Origin: Psammoneis japonica
Taxonomy: Eukaryota
Assembly (NCBI GenBank): GCA_008632985.1
Contig: QPGO01000020.1
Span: 558,001 to 622,000 of the forward strand
DNA: 64,000 nt
Direction: 5' to 3'
Part shown: in pieces, positions 60,164 through 64,000 of the stretch
Layout: each line of letters opens with the position of its first letter
Position numbering within the stretch: the first letter of the stretch is position 1
Program-made: the position numbers and the translations under genes
The notes under the pieces: generated by a model
Told to the model about the DNA's origin: nothing
The model's database searches: none
What the model saw: only the letters and a program-made list of their open reading frames with translations

Positions 60164-63100
60164 ATGGATAAATCTAACATTATCACAGTCTCGGCCTCTG
60201 ACTGTTTCACCCTACTACTGGCTAGTAGTTGAGAGCCTACGAGGAACCGAATGCAAAAGTGCCAGCCTCCCGTCAAAACTTGAAAAGCGTGACTGACTGT
60301 CGGCTTCTCTACAGGCTTCTCCAGTACAGTTTCTACGCATTCACGAATGGGCCAGACGCAACAACGAGCGACCTTGTCTCGCTCACCACTCACCACACAA
60401 AAATCCAACTTCTGTTGAATTGAAACACTCTTACCAAAATCTCTATCTTTATTGATACTATTACCCCCATTATGATTGCATACATTGCACTAATCATACT
60501 CTTTATGAATCTCCTGCTACGTGTATATCACGGTAAGCAGAACCACGGCCGAATCATCAGCGGTTTCCTTTGGAATTCGTGCGTTTCTGTAAGCAAGATT
60601 CGATGCACGATTCACGCTGTCGTGTCCTTTGTCCTTGCGGTCTGTAAAGTTCTCCTCTCTTTATATGCTGTGACATTCATATACTTGGTGTTGAAGTCAA
60701 TTGGCAGTTATGTCTATTACTTGTACCTCCGAATTATGGACATTGACGACCTGACGACTCTTCTTTATGATCGAGCGTGCGATGCTGTTGCGGCTATTCT
60801 TGCGGTTGCAGTGGTTGTATGGACCATGTATTATGCCGTATATGTTCCCTTGCGATTTGTGTCCCCATGGCTGCTGCTCTTGAAGCGCAAGCTATTTTGT
60901 CGCGGTCGGATCAGATGGAGACCGGACCGAATGCTTGTTCAAGGCATTGACGTTGGTGACACTCCTCCAGTCCCAACCGGTGTGGTTGCTCCACGAGGAC
61001 TTCGGATCCCTCGATACACTCGTGTAATACCCGTATTGGATGAACAGCGATTCGCTGCAGCTCTGCGTGAGTTTGAATGGAAGCAGGACCAATGCATTCG
61101 TGAATGTCAATCGCACCCAAGATATGATCACTGGCGTGGATGGGTACGGACTCCAGCGGCCATTGAACCAGCTGATGCCATGGGCAACAATCCTACTGCG
61201 GTGGAGGATGTAGCTCCTGAAGCTGATGATACTGTTGATCCTTGGGATGCCTTGAACGAGCCTACTGTGGATGTTGACGATGCTCCAGTCGATGTGGAGG
61301 TGGGCGTTCCTGTTGCCGTAGTAAAGGAACCTGTGGCTGAAGCATTAGACGATTCTGCAGTAGCTCTTGACGAAGCCAAGCGCAAAGTATGTGGTCGCGG
61401 TCGGATCAGATGGAGACCGGACCGAATGCTTGTTCAAGGCATTGACGTTGGTGACTCTCCTCCAGTCCCAACCGGCGTGGTTGCTCCAAAAGTTCTTCGA
61501 CATCCAAAGTATACGACCAAGATTCCAGTGCTATCGGGTCAGACGTTGAACTTTGCATTGAGACGAATCGACGAGAAGGATGACAAGCTGGCTCGGCAGT
61601 ATCGTCAGCGGCATTTAGAGTGGCTGCCGGATGAAGACCTGATCAAGAATATCTTTGTCGGTGACCTTCCTCCAATCCCAACTGGCGTGGTTGCTAAACC
61701 TGTTCTTCGACGTCCACGTTACACTCGGGTTATTCCCCTCCTGAATGATCAGCAGTTGACTGCGGCGCTGCTTGAGTTTGACTCGAAACAAAACCTGTAC
61801 ATTCATGGATGTCAATCGCACCCAAGATATGATCACTGGCGTGGATGGGTACGGACTCCAGCGGCAATTGAACCGGTCGAGGCCATTTTTACTCCGCCAG
61901 ATGCAGTGGTTGAGGAACCCATTGCTGATCCTGCTATTGCTGTTGATGATGATCCTGTCACCGAGGAGGAAGTTGTTCCGGTGGATGTAGTCGTTGAAGG
62001 GCGTGAGGAGCCAGACGATGCTTTGGATGCTCCACCAGACGAGGAAGTACCGATGGACGATTCAGAGGATCCTGTAGGCGTCGGGTTACTGCAACACGAC
62101 CTTGTTCCAGAAGGAGAGGGTGAAGAGGAACCCTTGGGGGAAGTCGTTCCGGCAGCTGACGAGGAGCCTGATGATGCCTTGAATGATCCACCAGATGTGG
62201 AACAACCGATGGACGATTCGGAGGAACCTGTGGACGATGGGTTAGTGCAACATGACATTATGCCAGAAGGAGAGGATCAAGACGTGGAGAACGCGGAGTT
62301 GCCAGACGAAAACGTCGATCCGGTAGGCATTGTTGTTGTTGCAAGAAACGAGGAGAAAGTAGCCCGTCCTGTCTCTTTGAGACGCTCGCCTAGGCTCGGT
62401 GGAGCAACGGGCAGCGTCTTTCTTTCGTCTAATACTGGGTGTGTCGTGCGTAGATCCGCAAGGATCATGAGTCGCCGCTAGACTCATTAACTGCTTGTTT
62501 TGTACTCTTGGACATGGAGCATGCATGGGGGCATCTCTTGGTTCCATTTCACGGTACAATGCAGCTTTTGTGCGCATCAAAGACTCGCCAACATTGCACG
62601 AGTTTGTCGTGCAATTCAAATACCATGGGGTGCGCTCGTTGTGCTACGCTACATTCGAATGCACCCCCAATGTAAGTCGATTTCGTGTCTATTTTGCTCT
62701 TCATTCGAGATTTGTTTACTGACATTGCTTTTCATCTTCATTTTGTCGATATAGAAATACACCCTCACACCGGTTCAACCACCCAACTTGAAACGATGCG
62801 GCAGTCAGTCTTTGTTGAAATACCAAGGTTCAAGTAACAGTGGGTCCCGCCCCGCGACTTATGTTTTCCGGAACAAAATGTGTACCAGGCAAGATTGGTG
62901 CTTCAACGATATGACGACTCTGCATTTGCTCGAGACCAGCGGTAGTCAATGAACCAACTCCTTACTTATTTCGGACGCGGAGAATGAATTGTGGAAGAAT
63001 GAAAAGAATGAGGTAAGTATTGGCGTCACGGAATGGTTCTGTCTATGCGCCAGGAAGGATAGCGGCTCCTCTCTATGGTAATAAAAGATGGAAAGCATTC

Positions 63101-63516
63101 TGTGGCGTCTAGAATAAATATAGAACTTTGTTATTCATGTAGCTTTTCAATCGTCTCGTTCAAATTAATGGATCCCAATACAATCTTTTTATTGCCAAAC
63201 ATAACCATTGCTACCTAGAGAGGCTAGATCCGCATACTGCCTATAGCCTCGCGTTTTTGGCTATGGCCCGTTCCCGATTGGCGTCACGGAAGCAATCGAC
63301 CCTAGTTGTAGCCAAGGGAATCGAATTCAGGGAGAGAAGCATAAAGTAGGATCAATAGTACATGCAGTGTCATGCTAAAGTTGTATTTTGTAGTTCAGAA
63401 TATACTTTGTGTTCTCCACAGCCTGTTCTCGATTCGACCCTATAGCCCGGGAAGCCAAACCGAAAGAGAGAAGCCTAGAGAGTAGGATCAAATACATACC
63501 GGTGGGGCAAGTTCAT
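60079..63516 (+). repeat. Intact (TpA-retaining) copy of the ~3.4-kb inverted duplication
   Basis: Aligns to the reverse complement of 9735-12493 plus 19007-19680. Confidence 0.93.
60472..62481 (+). CDS. 669-aa orphan protein: hydrophobic N-terminus, internal repeats, acidic tract, basic C-terminal RRSPRL/RRSARI motifs
   Basis: Intronless ATG-TAG ORF. VGDxPPxPTGVVA x3, CQSHPRYDHWRGWVRTPAAIEP x2 and EEPDDALxxPPD x2. Confidence 0.65.
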   Translation: MIAYIALIILFMNLLLRVYHGKQNHGRIISGFLWNSCVSVSKIRCTIHAVVSFVLAVCKVLLSLYAVTFIYLVLKSIGSYVYYLYLRIMDIDDLTTLLYDRACDAVAAILAVAVVVWTMYYAVYVPLRFVSPWLLLLKRKLFCRGRIRWRPDRMLVQGIDVGDTPPVPTGVVAPRGLRIPRYTRVIPVLDEQRFAAALREFEWKQDQCIRECQSHPRYDHWRGWVRTPAAIEPADAMGNNPTAVEDVAPEADDTVDPWDALNEPTVDVDDAPVDVEVGVPVAVVKEPVAEALDDSAVALDEAKRKVCGRGRIRWRPDRMLVQGIDVGDSPPVPTGVVAPKVLRHPKYTTKIPVLSGQTLNFALRRIDEKDDKLARQYRQRHLEWLPDEDLIKNIFVGDLPPIPTGVVAKPVLRRPRYTRVIPLLNDQQLTAALLEFDSKQNLYIHGCQSHPRYDHWRGWVRTPAAIEPVEAIFTPPDAVVEEPIADPAIAVDDDPVTEEEVVPVDVVVEGREEPDDALDAPPDEEVPMDDSEDPVGVGLLQHDLVPEGEGEEEPLGEVVPAADEEPDDALNDPPDVEQPMDDSEEPVDDGLVQHDIMPEGEDQDVENAELPDENVDPVGIVVVARNEEKVARPVSLRRSPRLGGATGSVFLSSNTGCVVRRSARIMSRR

Positions 63517-64000
63517 GCAGTGTAATGCTGGTAATAGCCCAGGATACACTCTTTGAGCTCTATCCCAATCGTTTGTTTTACTGCTTGGCTTCGGGCATTG
63601 ATCTCTGAACGCTGGTGATGCGATCTCCCAAACTCAGATCAATGCTTTGTGTCTTGGAACGAATCCCTATGTACCCAGCCAACATGCCGTCGTTGTCATC
63701 CTTCTTGTCTTCACCAAAATCACTACAAAAACAACAAAAGACGCTCGTGTTAGTTGACGGTTTCACCATTGCGCTAAAGTACGCGTGAGGATTGATCCCT
63801 CACGGGTACGCACCCGTGCTTGCAATATAGGGCGGCATACGTCGCAAGGTACCTTGTCGGTGCCAACAGTTTCGCGAGAAGTTTCTTTCTCCCGGTATTA
63901 AAAGTCACTGCTCGTGAAAAAGCGTGTTACAGTACGCAGTATTCAACACGGAACCGCACCGGGAAACAATCGGAAAGCGCACATCGAGAACAAGCACTAT

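Noticed and set aside
60079..63516. Classical RIP (CpA->TpA) acting on the TA-rich copies
   Set aside because: The TA-rich versions keep open ORFs, ATG starts and conserved Tyr, while the TG/CA versions are the damaged ones.

Overview
Eukaryotic DNA, most likely a diatom (inferred from short GT-AG introns and diatom-type CoDi-like Ty1/copia elements). The window is a transposon and pseudogene graveyard with a few near-intact host genes: a TEX264-like gene, an SFC1-like mitochondrial carrier, and a secreted metallophosphoesterase-DUF5010-CBM6 fusion. It holds two copia elements. One is complete (347-bp LTRs, 5-bp TSD) and sits inside one copy of a ~3.4-kb inverted duplication. It also holds a decayed Plavaka-type DNA transposon carrying two nested MITE-like elements, several ~170-190-bp tandem arrays, and a run of decayed host-gene copies (ArsM, GMC oxidase, cyclin Y, HDAC, TAF11, class III aminotransferase). 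The main signal is a directional, patchy hypermutation of transposon DNA that converts TpA to TpG or CpA (A:T->G:C on both strands), the reverse of fungal RIP. It is visible in three internal comparisons: the LTR pair, the duplicate pair, and conserved Tyr->Cys/His changes. It also produces multi-kb domains nearly devoid of TpA. I know of no described mechanism for it; it may be an undescribed adenine-targeting genome-defence system. All counts were made by eye.
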